From NCBI GenBank assembly GCA_043228905.1, contig JBHGNT010000010.1, positions 7,006,001 to 7,070,000 of the forward strand: a stretch of 64,000 nucleotides of DNA, given 5' to 3'. The position numbers were made by a program, and so were the translations under genes. The notes beneath the pieces were generated by a model that saw only the letters and a list, made by a program, of their open reading frames with translations, was not told the origin of the DNA and did no database searches. Position 1 is the stretch's first letter; each line of letters begins with the position of its first letter. This stretch comes from Azolla caroliniana (Eukaryota > Plantae > Polypodiophyta). Positions 48,280 to 61,822 of the stretch are shown here, in pieces.

Positions 48280-51200
48280 TTAAACCTTTTTCCTCTTTGA
48301 CTGTCTTAGTGGTGTTGGAACAACTGCACCTTCTTTCCGATTTCTCTTCCCTCTAAGCTTCTGGAATACATCAGTCAGCTCTTCTACTCCATCCTCTGAG
48401 GTATTACAACCATTGCTTGCTTCCTGTTTTGTTTTCTTCAATTCTTCCTTCTTTACTCCACCATCCATCTTTTCTATACTGTCCTGTTCCAAGTCATTGC
48501 AGCCATTGATAGCTTCTTGTGCTCTTTTCGTTTTTCCATTTTTCTGCAATCCTTCAGTTTGATCATTTAATTTATTCTCATCTGAGGCAGTGCAACCATT
48601 GATTGCTGTCTGTTTGGTTTTCTTCTTATTTTCCGTCTGTATTCCACTATCTCGCTCTTCCTCTGAAATATTGCAACCATTGCTTGATAGCGGTAATCTT
48701 TTCATTTGTCCATTTGACAGAAATCCTTCAGCTAGCTCGTCTATTTTTTCCTCTTTTGAGGCTGTGGTACCATTGCATGCTCCCTGTTTTGTTTTCTTCT
48801 TTTCGTCCATTGTTAATCCATCATCTGGCACTTCTATTCTGTCCTCCAAAGTTTTGCAACCATTGCTTACTTGTCTTGTTTTCTCCTTTTCCTTGGGCAC
48901 ATTATCATTTAGCTCTTCTATTTTCTCCTCTTCAGAGGTATAGCAACCATTGCTTGCTTTCCCCAGTTTTGGTTTCTTCTTGTCTTGTTTCTGCATTTCT
49001 TCGTCCAGCTCTCCAACTTTTTCCTCCGAGGTACTGCATCCATTGCTTACTTCCTGCTCCTTTCCAACTGCTTTCTGTTTTGGCTTCTGCTTGTCTTGCC
49101 TTTGTAAAGCTTTCAGCATGCACTCAAGTTCACTTACATCACCATCTTGATCAGCCTGCACAATAGTCAATACACATGATAAGTTGCAGACCAATACACA
49201 AGCATTCATGAATGCAACGTAGGCATGAATAGAAAACATCATTTACCAGCATGCTGCGTAATAGCTCTTCAGAATACATTGGAAACTTTGCACAAACTTT
49301 CAAGAATGCTTCTTCTTTAGCTGTATCTATCTTTACTTTGGTACTCGCAGAATTTTCATTCAGCATCTTTCCATGCCCATTTGATGATGTATGCCCATTA
49401 CCATTTACTGATGTATTGGATATATTTTCAGGTTGATGTGATGATGCACAACCATTACTATTTGCAGATGTAGATGCATCTTCATTTGTGTCAACCTCAC
49501 CTTCATCCTGTTGTAATGGGTACATATCTTTCTCTGTATCAGTATCCTTGTTATCAGTATCAGAATCGTCTTCCTTAAGTGACTGGATTAAATCTTCCAT
49601 CTGCCGATTAACCTGCACATCCATTACTAGCATTATATATAACTGTACTTGAAGTAAAGACTAATACATACATATATATTATAGAGAAAAAAAGAGACCT
49701 GTGGATTGCTTAACAAGTCACTGATGTCTCCTTGACATAATGGGCAACGCTTCACAATTTTCTGTGCACGCAAAGAACGACCACCTACACCCGTGCGTTC
49801 ACGGATATCTTTTTGACCTGAAAATGTTGACAGGAGACAAGACTTGCAAAAGTTGTGCCCACATGGTGTTGAGAGTGGTAACGTCAGCACCTTCTTGCAT
49901 AGTCCACAACCAAATTCTGTACAGTGCAGGAACCAAGCTCGTTCAATATGCAAGATATGCACCAATATTATATTCCTCTCTTTTGCATGTGCGACATATG
50001 CAGAAAGTGAGAGGGACATGAAAATAAAACGAACACATAGTTGAGAGCAAAAAGCTAGATTGCTCAAAATCGAGTTCAAAATCAACTTCATCATGTATAG
50101 CTAAGACAAACATTCATCTCTACTCAAATCATAAATGATGTAGAGAAGGACATTTGCCAGTTCTTAAAAGCATGAAACAATTTCTGTCATATCTTTAGAT
50201 CATACTAGCCCAAGAAGTTTTGCATATAGACCTAGTGGGGTGTGTGTGTGTGTGTGTGTGTGCATTGTGTTTGTCCTTTAATTGCTTGAAAACGGGTGAA
50301 GCACATTTGTTATTAAATTTCCTTCAAACAACTTCAGGCTGCAGGTATTGCAACCATAACTATTACTAGGTGAACAGCAAACACATATATCATCCCATAC
50401 CAAATCACTCATTATAAAAGCATTACCTTTAAGCAATCGCTGTCCCATTGTTAGTGATTTTCGTGTTCCACCCCTTGGACCAGTGGTGCCATCATCGATT
50501 CTCCTACTATTGGGTGGTGTTGTGACCCAACCCCAAACTCCTTCATCCTCCTTCAAATGAACAGCCACAACAACAATTATGCAATGCTGCCTCGAATTTT
50601 GTTTAATTAATTCTAGCATTGTAGAAAACTATCAAATTCCCAAATCATATAACCAGATATAATACAGACCAAACGCCAAACTGCCTCATAATTTGGAATG
50701 AACACTCATTTAATTTTGAATAAACCAAATCCATAAAAGAGAAAAATAAATAGAGATAATGAAAATGCAATGCACTATCTCTTATTGATGACTTATGAAA
50801 TAACCTTCAGTTAGAGGATCAAAATAAAGAAGAATGAATACTAGATACCAATAAAAAAATTCAATTTCTTACCATAAGAAGCTTAGCTAGTTTTGCAAAA
50901 GCTTCTGCCCCCACGTGAATATTTTATACGCATGAAAAGATCTTTTTACAAAATCGTTTTTAAATAAGGATCCTCATAGAATAGACTGCCTCCTTAGAGA
51001 GGCATGCTATTTAAGTATCTAATGAAACAAGCATGCATCTAACTATTACAGCACAAAGTTCTTCTAAGGAAAGGTAGGTCTACCTTCCAATCCCATGAAG
51101 TTTGGCTTTTCCTTTCTGTTATGTCAACTGCATCCTCAAGCTCACTTATTTCTGGTAATGGCCGAGGCCTGTCCCCTATCTCATCACTAAAAAAGAAAAG

Positions 51201-54200
51201 TCAGTAAACACATTCAAGTGATTTCTATCACACAGGTTCAAGAATACTCATATTTTCCTTATCCGAACAGATTACATAGAAACAAAAACGTACCTTGTCC
51301 AAGGGGCAGGTTCATTGTCACATCTCACAAACAAATAGCGGCATACTTTAAAGCCCTATTCCAAAGATGTTTCTAGGAAATAAATATAAAAGGAAAACTC
51401 CAACAAATTAAACAGAAAGAAAAAAGGCAGGATAAATCAATTTACTTGTATTCCTTTTTTCCGCCAGCATTTCTCAATGCGATAAATCCCATCATATCGC
51501 ACACCACTTTCAGGGGCATAGGAGGAGCGTTTTTCTTTGTGAGATCTGATAACACGTTTTGTTAACCAATTAAAATAGCATTCAAAGAACAATTTTGACT
51601 TGTACTAGTTTTGAAATTAATACAATATTTCTAAAAATTGTGGCTAAAATCAATGATAAAGCAAAATAATTTCTGAAAGACAATCAAGAACTAAAGGGAG
51701 ACGAAAACTAGAAATTTTCAATGTTTTCTATCTAGCTACTATGCTCAGAAGATATCCATCGCATATACAAAAACTTAAGGGTCATCTCATTTTGTGTTGC
51801 ATTTCATATTTCTAGCAGAAACATATACAAAAAATAAATAGACATGAAGAGATAACTAGCAGTAGTCAGAAAAATAACATTATTTCAAGAAAATGCAACA
51901 GTAAGTATTGTATTGCAAAAAGTTTCCTAGCCCAAGAACCGTGTAAAAAATACACAATGAAGCTAAGTAATCATTCAGGTGTTGATGCATTTAAACAACT
52001 GTTGCCGAGATCACTTGCAGGGACAGGTTTGGAAACAAATTACTGATTTTGTAAGATTATGACAAATCACAACCTGAACTTACTAAGGTCTTTTGCATTA
52101 ATATAAATCTAGGGACACAACTTACTTCAAAATGAGTCGTATCTAGTTAAAACAATCATGGTAAATGTACTCACGCTACAAATATCATGCAGAGGATCAT
52201 AGAACTTTTCAAATCCCTTATAAGTGATTCAGAAAAGGATAAAATAATCAAGTTTCCCACATGCTACAAATTCACAAAAGTGAAAAAAAAACTATGTTTA
52301 AAAATCTAAAGCCAAATGATGCAACATGATTTTACAGTATTGCAATAACAGGATATGGTGAGGAACAGTAATCACCTTACTACCCGAACTGGATAACCCC
52401 TTTTGCAACTGACCTTTAAAGCCAAGTTGCTCTTCTCAAACTTTTGATCAAAAGACTGTTTGTCATTTGTTCGTTTGTTACCACTCAAATCTCTTCCACC
52501 ACTGCATGGGGTGAAAATATAGTGCAAAAAACAAGGCAAGAGTCGGTCAGAAAAACTACATTGTCACAATAATATCTCTAGAATTAACAATTTTGATGCT
52601 ACTTACCCACCTGCCAGTGTAAAGAAACCATTCACCGTGATCTTCATCATCTTCGTATCCACCAGATAGTGCAACTGACTGAGCACCATGCTCAGATTGC
52701 CCAGCAATCCCTGCAACATGTGGAAGATGAGCTCCCCACTGCCTACACTCCATCCTGTCCTCCCATGTTTCCCCAACCAAAACACCCTGATTTCTCTCGG
52801 GATCATTCTCAGCTGTAATGGGACCAAAATGATCCGGAGGCACGGTCACAAATATCTTGCCACTTGAAGCATTAGCTTTCCCTGCCTTCTTAGCTCTCTC
52901 AGTGGTAAAACATTTATCAGGTCTGTCTTGATTCTGTATATAATGATATGGTTTAGATGATCCATTTACCGACGGTGATGATGAAGATTTTGCCATTCTT
53001 ATGGCAACAACAAGCGCAGCATTAATTCGAGGTTGGCTAGCCATTTTTGCAGGAATCGGAGTACGACATTTGCCACATTCTTTCTTTCCTTGGGCAACCC
53101 AACGCTGAAAGCATTTTAAGCAGAAGTTGTGCCCACATGGTGTCTGCAAGGAGAATATCAGTTTTTTATACAGCCAACCAGTGGTATGTAATTGTAATAT
53201 CCGAATAAAAAGTGAGAACATTGACTTGCTATCTTTTTCTCAGATAAAAACTGAGAACATTGACCGCTTAAATTTATATAAGGCTAAAGCAAATTAGCAT
53301 TTCAGATGACCACTTAAATTTATATCCCCGTGCCTCCGAATAAAAAGTGAGAACATTGACTTGCTATCTTGTTCTCAGATAAGAATTGCATGACGTTATA
53401 CAGCTTATTTCCAGAGGATGACAGGTGCTTGGAAACATTGAATGCATACTTTCTACTGTTTTCTGACTTCATTAGAAAGTAGATACATCACATTGGAAGA
53501 GTAGGTATACAGGAACAGTAGCAATGTAGCAATTTTAAGAAAGGGTACCTTTCTATGTAGAGGATTAACATCCTATATGTGTTTTGCATCTGTCACTGTG
53601 GATATATATCCCAGATGTTCACGGTAACGAGCCAAAAGGCCAGAGTTATTGAATTTTGCTATGATTGATGTTAAACGCAATAGCAGTTTTCACACGCTTA
53701 AACATAAGACCAAGACCAAGACCAACATCAACAGCATCCAGAATTGTTGAGAAGACATGACATGAAAAAAAAGAATGGCAGGTATTACAAAAAAGACTTG
53801 TTTTATAATTTGGCTATTCATTAATATCAAAAACCTCAGCAGAGAGAGGGATTTAGACAGAGTTATCCAGGTTCCAGAAAAAAGAAGGATTGGACTGACT
53901 AATGAAGTACAGGAAAAATGTTATGAAACGCAACAGAAGCAGGACTCTTGGCCAATGTCCGTATCAATGCTATTCAGAAGACAAGAGAAGCAAGACAAAT
54001 TTAGTGTTTTTTATAGATAAATCAAACTAAAGGAAACATTGCATGTCGATGTGCCTAATTACAACAGAAGCAGTGAACATGTCCGAGAGTCAGCATTAAC
54101 TCAATTCGAAAGAGAAGATGGATCACAGGAAGATATGAAAGAATGGAAAACTAAGATGAATGTATTAATCGATCAACCAAAGTAGAAGAAACATTTAAGC

Positions 54201-54868
54201 TGCCACAAACTCCTATGAAATCAACATAAGCATACAGAACGGCCAAGATTTTCTTTATGACGAGGAAATGGGATCCAATGGAGGCTTGCGAGAATTTAAC
54301 ACAAGAAGAAGAAAGTGCTGATTGTTAAGCGTTATATATGCAAAATTATAGTAAGGAGGGGTACCGTGACAGGTCGATCGGCGAGCTGCATGCAGAAAGT
54401 ACAGTTGAGGTTCTCGTCGAAGATTTGAAGCATCTTGTGTACCTTCTTCTCCTGCTTCAATCCATTTCCATTTGTCGTGCTCCCATTCTTGCTCATAACA
54501 TCCTGACATCTCCTCGCCTTTTCCTGCTCTGAGAGGCTGGGGTCTGCACGAATGGCACGCACCTGAGCCACAATGTCAGCTCCATCGCCACCACAGAGAC
54601 CTGACTTCATAGCTATAGAAGAAGAAGAAGAAGAAGTTTGAGCTTCCACGGGAGTTTGAACAACGGTCGAATCTGCGACTGCAGCAGAAGGAGAAGGTTC
54701 GCAATCTGGACAGGACCAATCCCCGGTGGGGACGGAAGCCATGGGAGGATGAAGGCAGTCCATGTGCCATGGACTGCTGCAGCTATTGCAGAGGATGACT
54801 TGCGCATCGGAGGGGATGAGCTTGCAAACCATACATCTTCCATCAGCGTCGCAAGGGAGCTCGGCCAT
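48280..54868 (-). CDS. ORTH: ORTHRUS/VIM (UHRF1-like) PHD-RING-SRA-RING E3 ligase, ~1003 aa with an extended C-terminus
   Basis: Ten phase-consistent GT-AG exons: 54365-54868, 52611-53143, 52376-52501, 51446-51545, 51294-51355, 51084-51186, 50427-50550, 49699-49916, 49247-49612, 48280-49155 (3012 nt). Motifs: MAELPCDADG PHD, two TPCGHNFC RINGs, SRA SVALSGGYEDDEDHGEWFLYTGSGG. Confidence 0.95.
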
Positions 54869-54909
54869 TGCTCCGAGCGCGGACCTCTGAGAGAGAGCCT
54901 ACAACAAGC

Positions 54910-54942
54910 AACCCTAACCCTAACCCTAATCCTAACCCTAAC
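54910..54942 (-). repeat. (TTAGGG)n-type repeat in the ORTH 5' leader
   Basis: AACCCTAACCCTAACCCTAATCCTAACCCTAAC, about 40 bp upstream of the ATG. Confidence 0.85.
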
Positions 54943-55122
54943 GCACTCTTTCACTGTCGCGATCTATCTATAGCAATAGCTCGCTCGCTCGCTCTCTGTC
55001 TCTCTCTCTCTCTCCCTCTCTTTCTCGCTCTTTCTCTCTCTGTACATATTGTCTGTGTCAGTGTCTATGTCTGACGAAAACGGAGAAGTTTGAACCGAAA
55101 CCAGCGAAAATATTTCGGTTTA

Positions 55123-55146
55123 GGCGGGAAAACGGCTTTTCCCGCC
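55123..55146. promoter_or_regulatory. Inverted pair of E2F-binding sites in the ORTH promoter
   Basis: GGCGGGAAAA-CGGC-TTTTCCCGCC; each arm contains the plant E2F consensus TTTCCCGC. Confidence 0.7.
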
Positions 55147-58100
55147 ATTTTTGTTTTGTTGTGCGCGTCTCTCTGTGTGTTTGCTTTTTTCTTCTTAGGG
55201 TTTTTGCATAGATGGCCACTTCTGCTTTTTGCTTTTTGCTTTTTGCTTTTTGCTTTTTGCTTTTCTCTATTCCTTTTGATTTTGCTTTTTATCCCTATTC
55301 TGCTTTCTGCTTCTTGCCCCAAAAAAAACCTACCTCTCCACCTATTGGCCCAAATTTTGCGAGAGAGAACCCGAGTAGTTCCGATCCTAGTCAATCATGG
55401 GCGTCAAAAAATAATACACCTAATAATATGTGTCCCATGGATCACTATCGATCTCCAATGGACACATTCAAGATATCTCCATCTCTCTCTCTCTCTCTCT
55501 CCGCGTCCTTCGAATTTAACACGATGGCACTGATTGTGCCGGCATTTTCAATCAAGACGTGACATGCGCCCGTCACCATTTGATTTATGACCTCGGGAAA
55601 TTGCCACTCGATTTTATGCCTACCGAGTTTCCAACGTATGAGGACTGTTTCACATCATTCACCTTGCGAGTTATTGTCCTATAGATGCGTCCACATCTTG
55701 TGTAATACATTATACACAAGCATATATGTTGACTCTTTATACACGTTGCTTCATTAAATTATCATCCATCATGGCACTATCGAAGCGGAGAAATAGGAAT
55801 TTCCTCTTGCCTTTTATTGTTTGAATATCCAAGCAATGATTTCAATCATGTGGAGTACCACCAAGACAAGTCCCTCGTTTCTCTTCTTGTAATTTCCCTC
55901 GTTCGAAAATCCATGCAATGAATTCGACCCTTTATTGCTCTTCCCCTCCTCTTTTCGAGGGATATTATTCTTTTCTTTGAAATGTAAGGCCTCATTCACA
56001 AGGGTGGACACTTTGTTGTAGTTTAATATTGCCAACTAACCCTCAATAATGAGTAATTGTTAAAAATATGGTTCATAAAGTGACTAAAGCAAAGGCCAAC
56101 CTAAATCGTGAAGTGGATCCATGTCAGGTTAGTATGTGTTAATTGATAATAATAATAATAAACAAAGTAGTATATTTCCATGCTACTTATGTGCATTGGT
56201 CGAGTATGCATAACTTAATTGGTTGTCGAGTATGTGTTAACTATTAAACATAAACATGAACATAATTGATAATCCCAATCAGAACACCACATATCATGTT
56301 GATTAGGATGATGTCTAACCCATAAGCCCTCCTCCAAGCATGCATGAATCATGTTGTATCCTCTATGAAATGTTTTCTTCTTAGAAAACAATGCAATAAA
56401 TCTTTTTCGATTGTGAACTTGTATTCCCATCCAAAGCTACACAAGTAAATTGTGGAGTATGGACAACTACTTCACAATTGGCTAGAAAGCATACAAATTG
56501 AAGATTATTCTAGAAACCCCAAATCTCCTAGCTTGATCACTATTAGGCCATGTGAAATGGTCCCGTAGGACTTGCGATCGCAGACGATATATTTGCACAC
56601 CACTACTTTTCATCACCCTCACCATCAAGAAAACGAGGGTTTCTTTCCAAACTGCCAACTTCACACATGACAACTATTTTACTCATTAGTTCATTTGAAT
56701 ACGGAGGGTCAAGTGGGCAAACACCCTATCGCTAATTAGGTGAGCAAGAAGAGTATTGACCAGTCTTGAGCATTTTGATTCAACAACCTAACTCACTCAC
56801 AGACAAACTTTCTAATCTCACTCTTATGCTCAATTAAACAATGAAAAATATGTTTATAGAATAGACTTAACCCGTGCTTTCATGGACATGTTTTTCATTG
56901 CTTAAACATGGGAAATCACTAGAATTCACCAAGAAGAAACACACTCTTATTTATCAATAAAAACCAATCATGTTCATATACAAGAGGTAACGTTCACAAA
57001 CACTAAAGACAAAAAGTGTAATGTTTGAGCTCAAGGCTTAACACGAAGGCCAATATTGATGGGATAGAGGGAGAGAAGATCGTGACAATGTGGAGAAGCA
57101 ATTCAAAGAACACTAGACATGGCATTTATAGTATTTTACATTCTTTTTCATTATTGCCGTAATTTCCTTTGCATCTAGAATGTGCCTATGGTACCAAAAC
57201 CAAATATTTATAATTGGAAAAGGCATGAGAAGTGAAACATATAATAAGTACTTAATATCCTCTATTGACCATGTTTTATCTAACGGGTTGTCGGATTGTC
57301 AAGGGTGGCAAGGGTATGTATGACATTCATTAACATGGCCATCTTCGATAACTTCTATGGATGATATGAGGGCATATCTTTTTGCAATTGTTGTGTCGTC
57401 GTTACATTGGTAGAATAGGGGTAGAATAACATGGATCCATAAACCAACAATTCTTGCCTCACATAGCATTTATTAAACTCTAAGGAAAGTCCCCAACAAG
57501 AGAGATTTGAGCAACAACATGACAATCTTAAATATCTAGACATGCTCATTCTACAATGTAGTCATGACCTCGATCATTGTTGCTTTGATTACGCAGTTGT
57601 GAGGGAGTCACTTTGTTTTGGTGGGGACAATGGTGATGAGTGGCGTAGCGATGTAAAGGGAGGTGGTTGCAATGAAGTTGTGCAATTGATCAATGAATGA
57701 TAGCCCAATTGAGGATTGGGGTAGATGGGGAGGAGAGTGATGTGTTTTGTCAATTGTTCGTGGTGGTTTCTATAGTTAGTGTCACTTCATCTTGATGGTT
57801 ACCTTTGTAGGTCGTGTGATCATCCATTGTTAGTGGTTTGGCACCATTGTCATTTATTGTAATTTCGTTATCATTGTCAATGACTATAGCGTGGCTTCAT
57901 TGAGTTGTATTGTGTTGGTTGGCGATCTACCTCTTGTAGTTAGAAAATAAATCAATCTTGCCTTTAGGAAATGTTTGCAAGAGGAGTGCCATTAAAAAGG
58001 GGTGGGTAGGTGGGGTGGGGTACAAGTGTCCTTTACTAGAATGTGTCAAGCGTTGTGCACGAACGTATGCATGTTATTGGAGCACATGTGCGTAGATGAT

Positions 58101-59467
58101 GTGGACACACGCATTGTGAACATAATGAACAAGATTTAAAGATCACAACATGAAGCACTAATAACCTCAATACATGCGTAAGAGTTCCAACATCGTGATT
58201 CCATAACAATATCTAATGTTGTAAAGTGTTTAGCAGTCCATCTCAATTTCTAGAACCACTGTAAATGCAACATTGATTGGAAAATGCAAGCCCTCCTCGA
58301 TCAACCCCACAATGGGCTCTAAAGTGACATAAAGAAGCTCATGCTCAATATCATTGCACTGCCCACTTGGAGCTAAGCAATAACTCATCTATCACATATA
58401 ACTTACCATAATGGTAGGCCATATTTTTACTATAGACAACCATCAAGTCCAAAACGTACTTAGTACATATGTCAGACAACATTGCTATATGCAAGTGATT
58501 TGGGTGTGAAGAAGGATTTCAGATTAACTACAATTTTTGATAACCATGCACCTATGTGCAAAGGTTAACAACTATCTTAGACTCATGGATTATACTACCT
58601 TATTTTACACATGACATTTGATTGTTCACCAACAAACAACCTCACCAATATGGCCATAGTTCTTATATAAGCCCTTTACCATCTCTACCCCAATGAGATC
58701 ATGAATAGGAGGTACAAAATAGTGTCTTTGCAACCCCTCAAAAATCGCTTATATTTTCTCAAGGGTTGATACCTACCTTGCCCTTTGTGGCATTAATGCT
58801 AGTGATTTCATGATAGTGCTCAACATTATCATATTGACTAATGCAATCATAGAAAATGCTACAAACAAAATCAGAAACATGTCAATACATGTCATTCAGC
58901 CATTCACCATTGGACAATAGCACAAATTGAGGCATAATCTTACACCTTCACCATCTACCAAAGTAATATCATGATTTCTCTCAAGGTCAGGTCATGAGGT
59001 GGTACAAAATGCAACACCTATGCCACCAACCAAAAATACCTCCACGGCTTGATGGTCACCTGTCCTGTGGCATTAAATACTCCTCTAAGAAGAGGAATAA
59101 AACTAGCCAAAAACTCCAATGGAACTACTCAAAATACAATGGCATCTTATTTATTCGAGTTCTTTTAGCATCCAGTGAAAAGTTTTTGATTCTACAGTGA
59201 AGTTCATAAAATGTCAGTTGATCTACTATACAAGACTGAACTGAAGATTCCACATTCTTCACTTCATGAATATAATTCCAAATAAGGCCAGGATGCAAAC
59301 AAATACCTTACATCAAAGCATTGCACAAAGATCATAGGCTCGTTTCACACTAATGCTCAACTTCAAATATTGTGCAAATAGTGTTCGCAAACTACAATGA
59401 ATCTCATGAATTGTCGAACCTATAATCTTTCTTGCAATAGAAACAGGATATACACATTTCGAGGGTG

Positions 59468-61822
59468 TTATGATTCAGATTCTAAAACATTGTTAAACTG
59501 CCACGGATTGAACACTATGCTTTTCTGATCCAAATCATCGTTGTCTGAGCGCGATTCAACTTGTGCTCTGTGTTCAGTGTATTTCCCATTATATTCATAG
59601 ATCTCCAGATCACCCCAAGGAGTAGATGCAATGTCCCCAGTCAGTCTGAACCATCTTGGGACAAATTCTTGTTTTAAAGTTTCTCTCTGTCTCTTCTCAG
59701 CACGTTGCTTTTCCTCCATCCTAATAACATCAATTCCGAAACATTGAAGAAAGGTAAGGTTGTAAGGTTTCAGAAGAACAAAAATGAGCATTTTGCAAAG
59801 CTAAGTGTCGCTCACCTTGTTTTCTCTGTTCCAGCCTTTGTTAAATCACCCATCTCCAATGCATATCGATCAGGACGAAGACGGGAGTCAGAAGCAAGCA
59901 TCTTCTTTGGTGCTGTGTCAAAGCTGTTGATTTTGTGCGCAAAGTGTGTATACTGAAATTTATCATTTAATGGCACCTCTGCTGTGTTCCATATCTAAAA
60001 AATGATCGCCAAGCTTAAAGAAAGGAATGCAGAAATTAAAAACAGAGTGAATACAAAAGTTCTGCAAGACGAAGTACTTACCTGTTTCAACTCTGTGCCA
60101 GGAAGAGGTTCACCCTCCAGATCACATGGTTGATAGCTCATTGAGGTGTTCCATTTGCCAGTTATTAGAAGCTTTGGTTCCTCGTCAGTGTTGTACACAT
60201 ACCCATCCACTTCATATCGCCCAGCTCTATCCAACACAAAACAATGAGCATTTATCAAAACTAAGAAGTTCTTATGAGTAAGTTAGAAATTGAATTTACT
60301 ATTTATAGATCAACAAACACCCATGGCAAGTCATGAACAGACTATCTTCATCTCCCATCACTAAAAGAAGGGTTTTATTCATACCCAAACCAGCCACAGG
60401 GTTGAAAATACAGCACCACTTTATCACCAGTTGTTAAGTTTGTCATGATCATTTCACCAGGTGAATCCAACCAAGTTCGACCAAAAATTAAGTTGTTAAC
60501 CTTTGTAGGAGGGGGCACAAGGTCTAGAACTTCTCCTGTCCTTTTTAGTGTGACTCTAGTCCTGTATCACAGCAAACCAAATTCAACTACTCAGGTACAT
60601 ACTGATTTGACTTTCAGCTTACTGACTTATTAAGTCCAGACAATCGTCACGTTGCTTGTTTAAATACCAAACACAATGACTTTCAGCTTACTGACTTATT
60701 AAGTCCAGACAATACTTGTTGGTTTAAATACCAAACACAATTACTTTCAGCTTACTGACTTATTAAGTCCAGACAATACTTGTTGGTTTAAATAACAAAC
60801 ACAATGACTTTCAGCTTACTGACTTATTAAGTCCAGACAATAGTCACGTTTGCTGGTTTAAAAACCAAACACAATGACTTTCAGCTTACTGACTTATTAA
60901 GTCCAGGCAATAGTCACGTTTGTTGGTTTAAATACCAAAAATAATACTTACATATGCATGCTCAGATGTAATACATTCCCATTAAAGGAAGCACATAATA
61001 AGAAATGTAGGTTGTATCTCTATACCTTCCAACTGGATAAACATCCACAGAATTACCAAGAAACTTGGTTCTCAGCTTTGATGTCACATCATAGATAAAA
61101 TGGTCATTCTCCGCATGCCCACAGCTCATCGGAGGATGATGGCTAACCTGTTAAACAAAGGTAATAGCAGATGTCATATAATAGATGTTTCCAATGATCT
61201 CTTCACTAGTATTCGGGAGGGTAACTACCTGTTCAGAAATAAAAGTAATACCCTGATGATTCGCCATCTCATAAGTCTCTCCCAAAATGGGATTGAAAGG
61301 TTTCCATGTTCTTTGATATGCAACGTAAACAGAAATTGCCCAGCTAGCTACATATATAATATTCATAACATTCTGTTAGTCTTGTCTGAGCTTTTAAGTT
61401 TTCCGAATCCAGAAACTAATGGATGGATTTAAGTAAGTATTGATAATCATCTAAGGGAATACATTACGTCACAAATATTCAAAGAATTAACATGCATAAA
61501 AAGGCCTTAAGAATGGACTGCATTCAACTTACATGCATAAGCCAACTTTAAATAAGGATCCTCGCATTCATCTGCCAGGTCAAGAAGATGTGCGTACTCC
61601 ATCAACTGCCATTTTACACCATAAAGCATGTTTTTAATCATATTTGAAACTGTATGGCTAACATAGGAAAACAGAAACATGTCCTAGCTATCCATAAGCC
61701 AATACCTCAGCCATTTTTTGGAGCATTGTCATTGGCTCAAATATGATAACAGGAAGAGTAACCATGGAAGTCACGTCAGACCCAATGTACTTATGCATCA
61801 TTTTCCAATATCCTTCTCGGTC
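59468..61822 (-). CDS. ORP3: Oxysterol-binding protein-related protein 3 (first exon or exons not located, probably beyond the window)
   Basis: Exons 61706-61822, 61533-61605, 61229-61347, 61026-61147, 60385-60561, 60082-60226, 59816-59994 and 59468-59720. Contains [12 protein letters not shown] and the OSBP signature EQVSHHPP. Confidence 0.93.
60607..60940 (+). repeat. Intronic minisatellite, about five copies of a 64-71-bp unit
   Basis: Repeated ACTTTCAGCTTACTGACTTATTAAGTCCAG...GTTTAAATACCAAACACAA in an ORP3 intron. Confidence 0.9.

Noticed and set aside
53200-53382. ~48-bp direct repeat in ORTH intron 1
   Set aside because: Ordinary local duplication with no element structure.
58600-59085. 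Diverged ~280-bp tandem similarity downstream of ORP3
   Set aside because: Old, low-identity duplication with no sign of function.
60607-60940. CRISPR-like appearance of the repeats
   Set aside because: The intervening sequences are themselves repeated rather than unique spacers, the array is in a eukaryotic intron, and there are no cas genes.
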